Below, piece by piece: positions 1 to 13,279 of a DNA stretch of 64,000 bases. Each line of letters opens with the position of its first letter. Positions within the stretch are counted from its first letter, which is position 1. The DNA is from Eledone cirrhosa. Lineage: Eukaryota. The translations under genes were made by a program, and so were the position numbers. The stretch is from assembly GCA_964016885.1 (NCBI GenBank), contig OZ024741.1, positions 161,014,001 through 161,078,000 of the forward strand, written 5' to 3'. Under the pieces are notes generated by a model. The model was given only the letters and a program-made list of their open reading frames with translations, was not told where the DNA came from and ran no database searches.

Positions 1-1190
1 CACATTGAATGATTTATTAAAAAAAGGAGTAAAGTGGAATTGGTTCACTTTTGAAGAAATAAAAAAAAATTCTAATCTCAGACCTGTTGTTAGCTCATTA
101 CGATCCCGAAACGGGCATCATTGTAGCGTCTGATGCTTCCGAATATGGATTAGGTGCAGTTCTACTTCATAAATACGAAGACAGAAGTACAAAACCAGTG
201 GTTCGTGTGTCGCGCTCGCTAATAGTGAGAGAGAAGAGATATAGTCAAATTGAAAAGGAGGCCCTAGCAGTTATTTTTGCAGTTAAAAGATTTCACAGGT
301 TTCTGCATGGCAGAAGTTTTTTTTATTGCAAACAGACCATAGATCTTTGCTGTTGATTTATGGGTCTAAAAAATGTTTACCGACTCGTACTGTGAACCAC
401 CTGCAATGTCGGGGTGTAATATTACTAAATTATAATTTCAAAATGCATTACATTCCATCGAAAAAAATCGGTCATGCGGACTGCCTTTCGCGATTAATTC
501 CAAAAAATATGGAACCACTAGAAGAGACTGTTATAGCCACACTGTAGCCAGAATGTGAAATTAAAAGTGTTATGACGAACGTTATCCAAGAACTACCAGT
601 GACTGCACAGGATATAAGAATGAAAGCTGTAGGTGATGAGTATATTACGAAAATGAAAGAAGCTTTAAAAAATAAACAATAAAAATTCAGATGCCAGTAG
701 TTTTTCAATTTGCGACGATATTCTGATGTATGCCCAAAGTGGTGGTTCCAACTACATTACAAAAAGGTGTATTGCAACAATTTCACAGCGGACATCCAGG
801 AATGGTAAGGATGAAAGCACTGATGAGGAGTTATGTCTATTGACCATTTATGGACCGAGATATTGAAAACTTGGTGAGAACATGCTGAGGTTGCGTGCTC
901 ACGGCAAAATCTGCGCTGGTAAAATATCAATCGCGGCCAGAGACGGAGAACCCATGGTCTAGGGTATACATTGACTATGCCGGACCAGTAAATGGTGCTT
1001 ACTACCTAATCATAGAAGATAGCTGTACTAAGTGGCAGGAGGTTTGCAGTTGCTATAGACCAACCTCTAAGACAACTATAAAGTTCTTATATGAATTGTT
1101 TGCGTGATGCAGTGTCCCCAACATGCTTGTTTCAGACAACGGAACGCAGTTCTCTGGGCATGAATTCAAGAACTTCTGTAAAAGGCATTG
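1..1190 (+). mobile_element. Degenerate Ty3/Gypsy LTR retrotransposon pol fragment (RNase H, integrase zinc finger and core)
   Basis: ORF pieces carry ASDASEYGLGAVL, YSQIEKEALAVIFAVKRFH, TDH, HADCLSR, H-SGHPG, PWSRVYIDYAGP and VSDNGTQF; many stops and frameshifts. Confidence 0.9.
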
Positions 1191-1329
1191 AGTGTGTGGC
1201 TGGGGATCAAAAAAATTTCATTATACTGCAAAATTCGTTATAATGGTATTTGTTATAACAGAATTTTACCTGTATATATGTTGGGTTGTAGATTTATAGG
1301 TATAAAAATAACAACAAACATTCAATAAT

Positions 1330-2640
1330 AATAAAAAATTATTGTGTACAGTGTTCAGGTGCACTACAACTCATCAAAGGTGTATGTATAGTACATAGAA
1401 TAATGTAAAAAGTCAGGAAAGTGATACACACACATGCGTGCGTGTGTTTGGAGGGGGAATATTAGGTGTAGTGTTGGCGAATTTCGGGAAGCATGGAAGT
1501 TTTGACAGATGCAGTTTTTCTGGCAGCTAACAACTGATGCAGGTAGTTTGTTTCATGCTTCACCAACTCTGAGCGTGAAAAAATGTTTCTGAAAGTCATG
1601 GGAGCTGTAATGTTTTTTTGATTTTGTAGGCATGCCCACGTGTGTTAGACACATGGATTCAAAAAGGTACCCAGGATTGTTGTTGACAAGATGGTTAATA
1701 ATCTTGTTGGTGTCTACTGATTCTCTTCCTAGATGTCAAAGCTTTAATGTATATATGCGTTCAAAGTATGGTAGATGTCTGATGGAAGGTATTCGCTTGC
1801 TTGCACATTTCTGAACAGTTTCTAGATCAATATTCTGAACAAGAGAGGGGTTCCAAACTGGTGATGAAAATTCTAGTGTGGACGCACCATAGCTATAGAC
1901 AGCTTTAAATAGATAATTGGAGAGCAGATTACAGAGGTCTTAGTGAGTGACGTCAAGACACCTTCGGCCTTCTTGACAATTTTAGAGATGTACTTTGCGC
2001 AACGCAAATCGCTGTTGACAATAATGCTAATGTCACGTTCACACAAAGACTTCTTGAGATTGGTGTTGTGGAGGGAGTATGTGAACACTGGTTTTTTTTT
2101 CCCTCTCAAAATGCATGGTGATACATTTGTCCACAGCCAGATTGAGTTGTCAGTCCATGATCCATTGCTGCATTGTGTCCAGGTCTGATCGCAGGAAAGA
2201 TCTACAGCATACAAGATCTGTCCTTTTTATCTCAAGGTACAGTTTGATGTCATCTGCATATTTCAGCAATGTGATATTCTTCAAGTTGGCATCTGTGTCA
2301 TTAATATATGCAACAAACAAAAGGGCACCAAGAATAGATCCCTATGGTACACCAGATGTCATCTCATAGGGTGAAGAATACTGTCCTAAAACCACAACTT
2401 TTTTTCAACTGAGAATGAAGGACTTTAACAAGATCATCTCTCACACCCATTGCAGAGAGTTTTTCCATAAGTTTTTTTTTGTGTGGCACAGAATTAAAAG
2501 CTTTAGCAAAGTCAAATAAATAACATCTCACCCATGAGCTGCCATCAGTGATTCGGGTAATGTCTTCAAGAAACTTGATGAGTTGGCCACAGCAGCTGGA
2601 GTTAGGGATTAGCTGCTGTGAAGATGCCATACATGTATTA
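1330..2640 (-). mobile_element. CR1/Jockey-like non-LTR retrotransposon 3' fragment (RT and C-terminus)
   Basis: Minus strand encodes DFAKAFNSVPH and YADDIKLY; homologous to about 4700-5490 in inverted orientation. Confidence 0.85.
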
Positions 2641-2749
2641 CAGTTGTCTGTATTATATGTATCTTGATTGACTGGTAGTGGAGCTTGCCAAGGCCAAGGA
2701 TGCTGGAAGATTTTTATTTTATGTATAACAACACACAGCAACACATGTC

Positions 2750-3215
2750 CCACTGTAAGCTGAAAATACAATCAACACCCTAATGTTGTAGGCTGGTGCC
2801 ATGATAAAATCCATCCAGATACTTGATAAAGTTATGTTGGTGCCCCAATAAAATACTCCCAGTCTACATTGTAAAGTGGAAGTACTGGTGCCATGATAAA
2901 AAGCACCCAGTTAACCATATAAGCTGAGTATGCTGGGGCCACAATTATAAGCACCCAGTCCACATAAAGTAATAGTATCAGTGCTGTGATAAAAAGCACC
3001 TAGTTTGCTCTGTAAAGTGGTAATGCTGGTGCTATGATAAAATTCTACCAGAAGATTCTGTAAAATGGTTGGTTGGCATTAGGTAGAACATCAAGTCAGA
3101 GAAACCATGTCAAAAATAGAGCTAGACATAGACACGGAATATGGCAATATGTCTAACCCACACAAGCATGGAAACTAGACATTAAATGGTAATGATGATG
3201 ATGACACATATACAG
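2750..3215 (+). repeat. Tandemly amplified ~48-bp module (ggtgccatgataaaaagcacccagt...ctgtaaagtg) with RTE-type 3' tail (ATG)n
   Basis: About 6 degenerate units followed by ggcattaggtagaacatc...tctaacccacacaagcatggaa...gacattaaatggtaatgatgatg; the same module occurs in RTE UTRs at about 13350, 32630 and 57060. Confidence 0.65.
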
Positions 3216-3509
3216 ACATAGTGAGTGACATAGACACACGCACATATATATATATGTGTGTGTCTGTATGTTCATTAAACTGTATTATTTAGTCTTTCAA
3301 CAGAAGAATCATTAAAACTGGTTGGATAAACAATATTATTTCCCTCCATAGCATTGAAGCAATGACAGGAGAAAGAGAGACAATAACAATAACAATGGCA
3401 CAGACAATAACAACAACAGAAACAACAACAACAATACGTATTTTTCTGTGATATATACATATGACCATGTCAACACTTCTACCTGGAGTTGCCCCCCCCC
3501 CCCCCCCCA

Positions 3510-5495
3510 CCCCCCAATTACTATCAAGACACACAGCTTTGTGATATCCTCAGAGCTGCTGCCAGGAAAACAGCCACTTATGTTTTTATTGATTGGGAAA
3601 CCTTTCGTTGGTTGCAAAGTACAAATGATTTCCTTGAGCTAGTGCTGGACTCGAACTGGTCCCAAGAAGTCACCGCCCCAACAAGAGGTGACAACACTTT
3701 GGATCTACTCTTTACCATTACTCCTGAAATAGTTATTAGTGTCACTACTGAGGAACCTTTAGGTGACTCTGATCATGCTATGATTATTGCCAATCTGTCT
3801 CTTATGGGCAGTAATAAAAACTACAACCATCTCCAAATTGCTCACTTTGACTGGAATAAAACAGACTGGAACTGTTACTGCACTGAGCTACAACGCCTAA
3901 ACTGTCTTGAATTCTATGACTCTGGAGATGTGAACACTCTACTTCATAACATCTTGAACTCAATATCCACAGCATGTGCATCATCAGTACCACGTAAGCA
4001 CAAAAAAACATCCTAAAAGTGCAATTTGGGAAACTGTAGCAGTTCGACATGCCAGGAAAGAATAATACAAACTGCACAAGTCAGATATCAATAGAAAATA
4101 GCACAATAAATCATCCAACCATCTGAAGCAGGTGACAAAAAAAGCAGTGCTTGAATTTGAACAGTGCCTAGCAACCAACCCTGATAGTAAGGTGTTCTGG
4201 AAATATGTACATTCAAAGCAGAGACCTCACTCTCCAGTTAGTCCTCTTTGCAATCCCCACACAAGCCAGATTACTGACAATCCCAAAGAATGTGCAGAAC
4301 TCATTGTTGAATGCTATGCATGCATTTTCATTGTTGAAGACCAAAGTGTACCATCTCCACTGCCTCTGCAATCAAATTCTATAACAACTATGGAATTTAC
4401 ACCTGCAATGCTGTGATGTCACCTTAAGAACTATGCCTCTCCTGGTCTAGATGGTGTTACATACCTGCTTCTCAAACGTGGTGGGTACTTTCTTCTGCAC
4501 CAGCTTTCACTATTCTTTCAATTCTGTCTTAACAATGGTGCTACTCCGGAGCAGTGGACAACTGCCAGTGTCATTCTTCTGTTCAAAAAGGGTGACCATA
4601 CGTTGCCCGTCAACTATCGTCCAGTTAGTCTTACTAGCTGTATCTCCAAACTGATGGAATCCTGTGTCAGAGAAACACTCTGAAGCTTCTGGAATTCTCA
4701 CAGCCTTATCCGCCGCTCGCAATTTGGATTTATCACTAACTCCAGCTGCTGTGATCAACTTATCGAGTTTCTTGAAGACATCACCCAGATCACTGATGGC
4801 AGCTCATGGGTGGATGTTGTTTACCTTGACTTTGCTAAAGCTTTTAATTCTGTGCTACACAAAAGAATTATGGTAAAACTCTCTGCAATGGGTGTGAAGG
4901 ATGATCTTTTTAACTGGTTAAAGTCCTTCATTCTCAGTTGAAAAGAGGAAGTCATGGTTCTAGGACAGCATTCTTCACCCTATGAGATATCATCTGGTGT
5001 ACTGCAGAGATCTGTTCTTGGTCCTCTTTTGTTTGTTGCATATACTAACGACATAGACGCCAACTTAAAGAATGCCACAGTACTGAAATATGCAGTTGAC
5101 ATCAAGCTGTACCTTGAGATAAAAAGGACAGATCCTGAACACTATAGATCTTTCCTGCAATCAGACCTGGACACAATGCAGCAATGGGTCACGGACTAGC
5201 AACTCAAGCTGGCTGTAGACAAGTGTACCACCATGCATTTTGGGTGGGAAAAAACCCAGTGTCCACATACTCCCTCCACAACTTTAATCTCAAGAAGTCT
5301 TCTTGTAAATGTGACCTGTCAGCAGTGATTTGCGTTAGACAAAGCACATCTCTAAAATTGTCAAGAAGGTCGAGGGTGTCTTAGCATCACTCAGCAAGAC
5401 CTTTGTTGGCCGCTCTCCAGCTATCTATTTAAAGCTGTATATAGCCATGGTGTGGCCACACTTAGAATTTTCATCACCAGTCTGGAACCCCTATC
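3510..5495 (+). mobile_element. CR1/Jockey-like LINE remnant (APE end and RT)
   Basis: PTRGDNTLDLLF, LGDSDH, NYRPVSLTSC, YLDFAKAF, SGVLQRSVLGPLLF, YAVDIKLY; stops and frameshifts. Confidence 0.9.
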
Positions 5496-6946
5496 ATAGT
5501 GTGCTTGAGCAAAATAGTTTATCTCACATCGTTCTCATGATATAACTTTTCATTGAAACACCAAAGAAACATCCTATGCGAAGAAACCTTGTAAGAGTCC
5601 AGCTAAGCCTAGATAAGTGTAGGCTGTAAACTTCTTTCTTTTCTTCTTTTTATTTCTGTTGTTACCTCATAAATCAGAGTTCAAATTCCACCAGTGTCAG
5701 CTTTTGCTTTTCATCTCTCTCTGTGGTTGACAGCATTAACAGCTGAAACCATCCATCATCTCAGGGTCTCAAAATCCAGTCCTTAATGATTTAGCCATGA
5801 AAGTTGACTGACCTTTTCCCAAAGTCTTCAAATCACTTTGGAAATAAATAATAATTTAGGGAGATTTAGCAATATAAGTAACCTTTTCGTTAAATTGGTG
5901 TTTTTGACATAACCTAACAAAGGTCCTTTCATAGAATTATGATGGGAGATTTCTAGATAAATATAAGCACTTTAACTCTTTCATTGCCATATTTTTAATG
6001 AAAGATACTGCTTAAGATTTTCAAATCATTTTGAAAATAATCAACAATTTGGAGGGTTTTAGTGCCATAACTAACTTTCTCATTATTAAGCTGGTGTTTC
6101 GAACATAACTTAACAAAAGTTCTTACATAGAATTACGATGGAAGAAGTTTAGATAAATATAAATTTATATATGAATTTGAGTGACTTCCGTCCATCTATC
6201 ACGCAGTGTGTGTGTTTGAGTGAATGTATGTGTGTGTAAAAATAAGGTAGAGGATAGTGAAAAAACTATAGCAAAACAGTGCCTGGTGTTCCATTTGCTA
6301 CGCTGTGTGTGAGTGTATGTGTATGTGTGGGTTTATGTAAATGTATGTGTGTTTGTGTGAATGTATGTCTGAGTGTGTATTTTTGTAAGTGTGTCTGTTT
6401 TTGCGCGTTTATATTTATATACTCATACATATAAATGTATGCATATGCACATACATACATGCACACACATATACACATACACGTCAGCGTGTTGAAAAAA
6501 ATCCTAATACTTTAAATTAAACAGTTTTGCATCATAGAACCAGAGGTAGTTTGGTATCCACAGAGTTAGATATACTGATTTTTCATAACTTACTCAAGTA
6601 CGATATTGTACACCTACTTAGTGATTCTTTCATCATCACTTATACAACAAAGTTTTAACTATTGAGCTAATGATGTCTCATTCTCACCATATAAGTAATT
6701 CCAATTAGATTATTGATGCTCACTACATTAAATAGGTTAACACTTGACTATCACTTTTCATGTTGATGTGAAGAGTTGGCATCAGGAAGGATATCTGCCC
6801 ATAACAAAAACTACCTCAAAAAGTCTCCTCCAACCAATACTTACATGGAAAAGTGAACATAAAAATGACGATGATGCATGCATTGGGCTTATCCAATCGA
6901 CTATATCCTTTCCACCAAAATATGGCTTTGTGACTTTACATCTAAT

Positions 6947-7151
6947 TTAACCCTTTAGTGTTCAAACTGGCCAAAATTCTCTACCTTTTTCTGTTGAAAC
7001 TGGCTGTAACTGGTTACTCAAACTGATGTTAAGGTATTGTTCTCAAAATAAATACTTTCAAAATCTCATAGATTCGCTATTATGTGAGATAAAGCATTTA
7101 CCATGAAAATATAATAGTATATATAAAGTAATGTGAATGCTAAAGGATTAA
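6947..7151. mobile_element. piggyBac-type MITE candidate
   Basis: TTAA at both ends; imperfect TIRs ccctttagtgttc / gaatgctaaagga. Confidence 0.45.
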
Positions 7152-7530
7152 GAGACAAATAAATTGCAGTTTTCTAATCATATATAATGTATAGAGTTGA
7201 ACTCTTTTCACTATCTGAGTTTAAATCATGTTGAGGTTAACTTTGCCTTTCATCCCTTTGAGGTTGATAAAAAAAATACCAGTCTTCTTTCTTACTCTCT
7301 CTCTCTCTCCATGTCTGAAAGAAATTGACTGTGTTCTAGCCTGGTGAGTAGGGGTGGGTTCTGCCAGGTTTAAAGTGCCCAAGACATGCTGTATATCGCG
7401 ACAACATCCCTACAATTCAATCAGGAGTTACAGGTTTATACACACATACAATCACACACACACACACATATTATTTGAAATGCACATAGTTATTGTTACT
7501 CATATCTGTCTTTTCTGTTCTTAATTGCAG

Positions 7531-8672
7531 ATACACGAGGAATATCTTTGGAAAATCTAAATAAGCTTGGCCAGCCTGATGTGGAACGGTGCCAGGAACT
7601 TTCTCGTTTAAAGTCGAGTTCAGATGATAAGTTATACAAAAGAAAATGCTTTTTGCTCAAAATAAATAAAGAAAGTGAAGAATCCAAGATGCCTGTATCA
7701 AAAACTGAGAAGAAAAATGTCAAATTCTTTGAGCAGCTCCGGATTAATAAGATGGAAGGCAAAGCCTATGACAACTCTTTATTTCAATATGATGAAGATT
7801 CTTTGAATTTGAAAAATGCTGTTGACCTATGGAGGTTTGGAAAGAAAGGGCGTGATCTTGGTCACCTCGGAGATGTGACCGATATTAGGTATATCGGCGG
7901 CAATGTCTTACTTCTCACTGACATGTTCAATAATCGACTTCAAACCTTAGATACAAGTGGCAAGTTGTTGAATACTTGTGACCTAGAGAATACCTATCCA
8001 GTTTGTGCCACTATAACTAAAGATCGGCAAGTGGTGCTGACTAGTCATGTCCAGAAATGTATTGTGCTTCTATCAAAAGAAGGTGCAGTTATGAATATGT
8101 ATGGGCAGGGTTCTTTCACATCTCCATTTGGTATTTCGGAAGATCCTCTTAGTGGAAATTTTGCTGTGACAGATCAACAAAACAATTCTTTGACACTTCT
8201 AGATAAACAATTCAACATCATTCTTGAAATAACTCCTACAGATGCTAAAAACAGTTGTTCTTTTCGCTATCCCAGACACGTTACATTTTCTCCAAATGGA
8301 CTAATCTTTGTTGCCGACTCAGGTAATCATTCTCTAAAGGCATTTGACAAAAATGGAATTCTTGTCACAAATATAGGTACTTATGGACGTGACTCTGGAT
8401 TTTTTCGTTCACCATATGGCGTTTGTATTGACCATTCTGGGAATGTTTTAATTGCTGATCATTACAATGATCGTATATCTTGTTTTGACCAACGAGGTCA
8501 GTGGATTCAAGATACTGTTTGCAGCTATCATAGACTACGACATCCACAAGGCATAGCCTTAACCTCAGACAATAAGTTATGTGTATCACATGGTGAACTC
8601 AAGGCCACTGAAATTGCTTTCTTTGATATAGCTAAAATAAATGGCAATGAGATCACTCATACACACATGTAA
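7531..8672 (+). CDS. Terminal exon of an NHL-repeat (six-bladed beta-propeller) protein, TRIM-NHL-like
   Basis: Uninterrupted ~380-codon frame with NHL repeats (FTSPFGI, FRYPRHV..IFVADSGNH, FRSPYGVCID..VLIADHYNDRI, LRHPQGIA). Polypyrimidine tract and ttgcag acceptor end at 7530 (phase 1); stop at 8670-8672. Confidence 0.88.
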
Positions 8673-8700
8673 ATCTGAATCATTGTGAACATGAAATCAC

Positions 8701-8706
8701 AATAAA
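8701..8706 (+). terminator. Candidate polyadenylation signal AATAAA for the NHL gene
   Basis: AATAAA about 30 nt after the stop codon; AT-rich context lowers specificity. Confidence 0.4.
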
Positions 8707-8914
8707 TTCTATGAAATTTTCTAAATTTTCATTTTCAAATTTCTTTCCCAGTAAGTTCTTTGGCTGTCATGTGCTCAAGTATAATAAAACTATGCAAATT
8801 TCTATTTTCATTATGAAAACCTTTGTTTTATATTATCATATAAAACTCAGCTTAGTTATGTTATGTACCAATCTAATTCTTATCTGTGAAAAAATAAGGA
8901 GTTTCCAATATTGC

Positions 8915-9035
8915 CCTGGGATATTGCATGTATTGATAGTGAGACATGGGTATTGAATGTAGAGGATGTGGAAAGGCTAGAAAGAAATGAAGCAAGTATG
9001 CACCTCTGGATATGTAATGTTAGTGTGCATGGTAG
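8915..9035 (+). mobile_element. Short RTE LINE fragment
   Basis: SETWVLNVEDVERLERNEASMHLWICNVSVH matches the C-terminal region of the RTE at 13471. Confidence 0.8.
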
Positions 9036-10214
9036 TGGTAATGATGATGATGAGGAGGATCTGTTGTCGATAACAATTTTCCCCAATATTTAAAATTAAT
9101 CAGTTTGTTGTGGTTTAACTTTGGGTCATCTCTGATTAAGCAGATCTATGATTAAAAGCATTCCAGCTCTGAACATCCTATCGTTTTGTATATATATCAT
9201 TAGCAGCTACATTGTCCAATGTGTACTACATTTTTTATATGACAGTAAGGTGTGATTTGAGGGAGATTTTGCTGATATTTCTAGCAGCTTGAGTGATGTT
9301 ATAGCGGAAACATGCAGAACCTTTTTAGTAACAGGGATCTTAAGTGCACAAATACCTTTAAAGGTGCAGCTATAAACCAATGAATTTTTCCTTTTACAAA
9401 TTCATTGTCACATAACATATTAAATTCCTGTTTTAATCTTAAGCCTTAATCATTTTATTACTACGTTTCTAATGAAAGTCACTGCCTATAATTTTCAAAT
9501 AATTTTGAAAATAATCCAGAATTTGGAAGGATTTAGAAAAAAAAAACTTTCTTGTTATTAAATTTTTTGTTACCATATTTCTAATAAAAGATACTGCCAA
9601 TGATTTTCAAATCATTTTGAAAATAATCAAGTATTGGGAGGGATTTAGTAATATAACTAACTTTCTCATTATTATTAAGCTAGTGCATGGAACATATCTT
9701 AAAGGATCTTACATAAAATTATGACGGAAAGATTTTAGATAAATATAAACACTTTAAAATATCTTAGAACAAGGGGCAGTTTCAGGCATTTGGTGTTGAA
9801 AGAGTTAAACTGCTTTGTTTTTTTGTTATTTTTTTAATTTCATATGAGTTTTAAGAGACTTTGTCAATGGAGGTTTCAAATAGGAATACAAGTGAGAGGT
9901 TCCTAACTCCTAGTGTCCAGCCCCCTCCTCCTAGTTTGTCTTGTTGGTATTTCTCCCAGGATCTTCATTAAGTTCTTTTTTCTGTTTACAGTTATATCTG
10001 CTCTGATCCATCAAATCTTTGGTCATAGACATTCAAGCTTTGACCAGACCATACCATAAAATATGGGATGGTCGAATATGGAATATTTATGACCATTCAA
10101 ACATAGAGTATCTAGGATTACATTATTCTTATGATGTAACATGCTCACATATTTAGATAAACATATGCATATATATACCTCTGTCTCTCTCTTTTTTTCT
10201 CTCTCTCATGCAAA

Positions 10215-11380
10215 CACATCATCATCATTGCCATTTTAACATCTGCTTTCCCATGTTTGAATGGGTTGGACATTGTGAGCTTCAGCAATTTGTAATCAGC
10301 TCTTACCACCTCCATTGATGTGTAGGCAGGCTAACTGGAAAGGTCGGCTTTTGTGATTTCTTTCTATTAGGAAATCTTGGCACTTCTTCAACTAGCGATC
10401 ATCATCCATACGCATTCATTGTCCATACCACTGCAGTCTTCTCTCTTGCATAGTGCACCTGATTCATTTTATAAATCATTCTCTTAGTTCATCCATGCTT
10501 CTTTATTCATGCACATCACACATCCACCAAAGCATGCTGGCTTCATTTTTCTCCAGTCCTCACATATCCTGTGCATACATAGCCCATATCTCACTAATAT
10601 GCAGCATCACATAGTGCATACAGACATCATACTTTCGTTCATAGGCCTTTCGTTCATAGGGAAAAAACTTTTGTTATCAACAGAGATAGTAGCTCCCTGA
10701 ACTTTTTCCATCCCATTCTTATTCTAGCTAATGCTCTCTGACCACTTTCCACCACTGTTAATTAGATCACCTAGGTAGTAGAAGCTATCAGCCAATTTTA
10801 TGGAGTCTTTCTGGGATTGGACAAAATTTATTTTCCTTATGCTCTTACTACCAACTATCCTTGTACATTTACTACATACAAAGTTTACCTTTCCTGTTGG
10901 TATGCTTACTATCCAATAACACCTCTTATATTTTCAACATTTGCATAGTGTACATCTTAGAGTTTCTACCTTCTCCTTTTCTGATGTCACAAATAACTAA
11001 CTTATGTTGGGTGGTGCATTCTTCTCTAGAGAGACTTAGCATTCATGACTGTCTGTCTATCTTATTTTCTAACAAGTAAGATGCCAATTTGGATTATGTG
11101 TTCGTCTGATAGTCTAATTGGTAGGTGGTCAGGTGGCTGGTTAGTTTCCTGAATTTAGTGTTCATTTGCATCACAAAATTCTGGCAGCCTTGCCGCCTCT
11201 TTATTTCTCATGCCATAATCATGTCCACCATGTACTCTAGTGTAACCAGAGTACATGGTTCAACATATCCATTGAAGTTGCCAGCTAAGATGATGAGGTC
11301 TCTGTCATCTGTAACTGAAGTTCTTTGTAAGGGTGGTTGTAGAAATGGTTCTTTTGTTCTTTGCTTAATCCTGCTTGTGG
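10215..11380 (-). mobile_element. Heavily deleted RTE LINE remnant
   Basis: Minus strand has ILAGNFNG, FYYLGDLI..GGKW, RMGWKKFREL and NEASML; (ATG)n tail near 10220. Confidence 0.75.
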
Positions 11381-11434
11381 AGCAAATATATGTATGTACA
11401 CACACACACATATATATATAGGAAAAGAGTAAGG

Positions 11435-11530
11435 ACCCCGACGGCTGAGCTCCGGCCATTTCAACAGCTAGATCCGAACTAAACCAGTAGTATTAGGACA
11501 GCAGGGACCTAGCTGAACTTATCAAGGGGT
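11435..11530 (-). ncRNA. Degenerate type I hammerhead ribozyme in a (TA)n-flanked repeat
   Basis: Minus strand: acccc-TTGATAA (CUGAUGA with 2 changes)-gtt-cagctaggtcc...ggatctagctg-tt-GAAA-tggc..gccg-TC-ggggt; stems I, II and III all pair. Confidence 0.55.
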
Positions 11531-12073
11531 ACAGTCTATATATGGGCATGCAATCAAAACAAATTCCCATTGTAGGGTATATTTTTATCTATCCCCAATT
11601 ATCTGTAGCAGTCCTAATCAAACACCAGTAGAACAGTCAGGCCATTGATAGACATATTGCAAAATTGGTTTGTAGTTTTTCCTTGCTTTTCAATCATACT
11701 GGAACATTTGTCATGGACAACACCTTCCCTATATCTTTGGAGAATGTTGTAATCAGTTCAAGGTTTTTCTTCATATAATTTATATTCTTGGCATATGCTT
11801 TGTTTGTTTGTTTGTATGTATGTATGTATATATATATATATATATTAGGGAGCAGCATCTGTTAGGGCAAGACGTGTTTTCTTGGGCTCTGCTAGAGTCA
11901 GCAGCAACACACAACCACGTGTTGCTACACACACACAAGAGGAAAGAGAAAAAAATTTAAAATTTATGAGACCAATAGAGATATGTACATTTATATATTT
12001 ATATCTAGATATTGCTATTATCATTTACAGTCCCTCTGTGTTTAATGTATGTTCATTAGTATATGTGTTGTTA

Positions 12074-12363
12074 TTTCTGCTTGCATTTTGCATATATCTA
12101 TATATATGCTTGCGTGGACCCCTCTCAAAAATTCGTTGGATTTTCTAATTGGATACCCTAACACTGGATACCAACACTGAATACACCTGAACTTCTACCA
12201 GGAAATCTTTCGTTGTCATTTCTGCTTGCATTTTACATATATAGATATATATATCAATGGTTGCGTGGACCCCTCTTAAAGATTCGTTGGATTTTCTAAT
12301 TGGATACCCCGAAACTGGATACCAATTACTGAATACACCTGAACTTCTACCAGGAAATCTTTC
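12074..12363. repeat. Direct duplication of ~140 bp inside a (TA)n-flanked element
   Basis: tttctgcttgcatttt...ccaggaaatctttc occurs at about 12074-12210 and 12220-12363. Confidence 0.8.
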
Positions 12364-12687
12364 ATATCAGTGAAAATTTTCTTTTCTTTGCTTCATATAT
12401 ATATATTATATATACTTGTCCGCCATTGCAAAAGGCCATCAATTCAAAATTTTGAAGAGAGAGGAAAAGAGAGAAGTGATCTATGAACTTGTACATCTCA
12501 CTGACCCCCCGCCCCGTCACCACACTAACAATAACGCCTACACTCGCTCTCCACCATCACCACATTACTCTAAGGTCGCTGTCCTGTCCCCTGTTGACAT
12601 ACTGCTGACTCTCTTTTGATGTATGTATGTGTATATACATATGTGTATGTGTGTGTATATGTATATCTCAGTGGATGCGACCAGATT

Positions 12688-12990
12688 TCAACACAGCAAC
12701 AACTACAACAACAACAGCAGCAACACCAACAACAACAACAACAACAGCAACAACACCATCGTCTGTGTTGAATGTGTGTGTATGTATTTGTATATATGCG
12801 ACAGCAATAACAGCATCAACACCATTGTCTGCAGCAACAGCAGCAGTGAAATGAAGGACAACAACAACAGTAACAACTACAATAACAACTACAGCACCAA
12901 CAACTGCCACCACCATCACTGACCATCCACCACCACCACGCTGATACCATCCACCACCACCACACTGACACCATCCACCACCGCCATTAC
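12688..12990. repeat. (CAA/CAG)n and (CAC)n microsatellite region
   Basis: Directly visible. Confidence 0.85.
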
Positions 12991-13279
12991 CAGCGTAAAC
13001 AAACAATTATTATTGTTATTGTTATTATATACAAGCCGAACTGGACTGGGAAAGGTCAACAGTTGACATGATAGTGATTTTGACGATTTTGATTTTGACT
13101 TTGATTTTGATTTTGTATCAGTACTGTCGGTAATATATGTATATATATATATGTTTGTGAGTGGTGTGCGTGATTGTATGCATGAATGAGTGTTGGTATG
13201 TGTGGTTGTGGTTTGTATGCATGAGTATTAGTGTGTGAGTCGTGTCAATAAGTTTCCCTTTTTTTTTTTTTTTTTTTTA

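Noticed and set aside
12623-13006. Poly-N/T/V ORFs
   Set aside because: Trinucleotide microsatellite translations.
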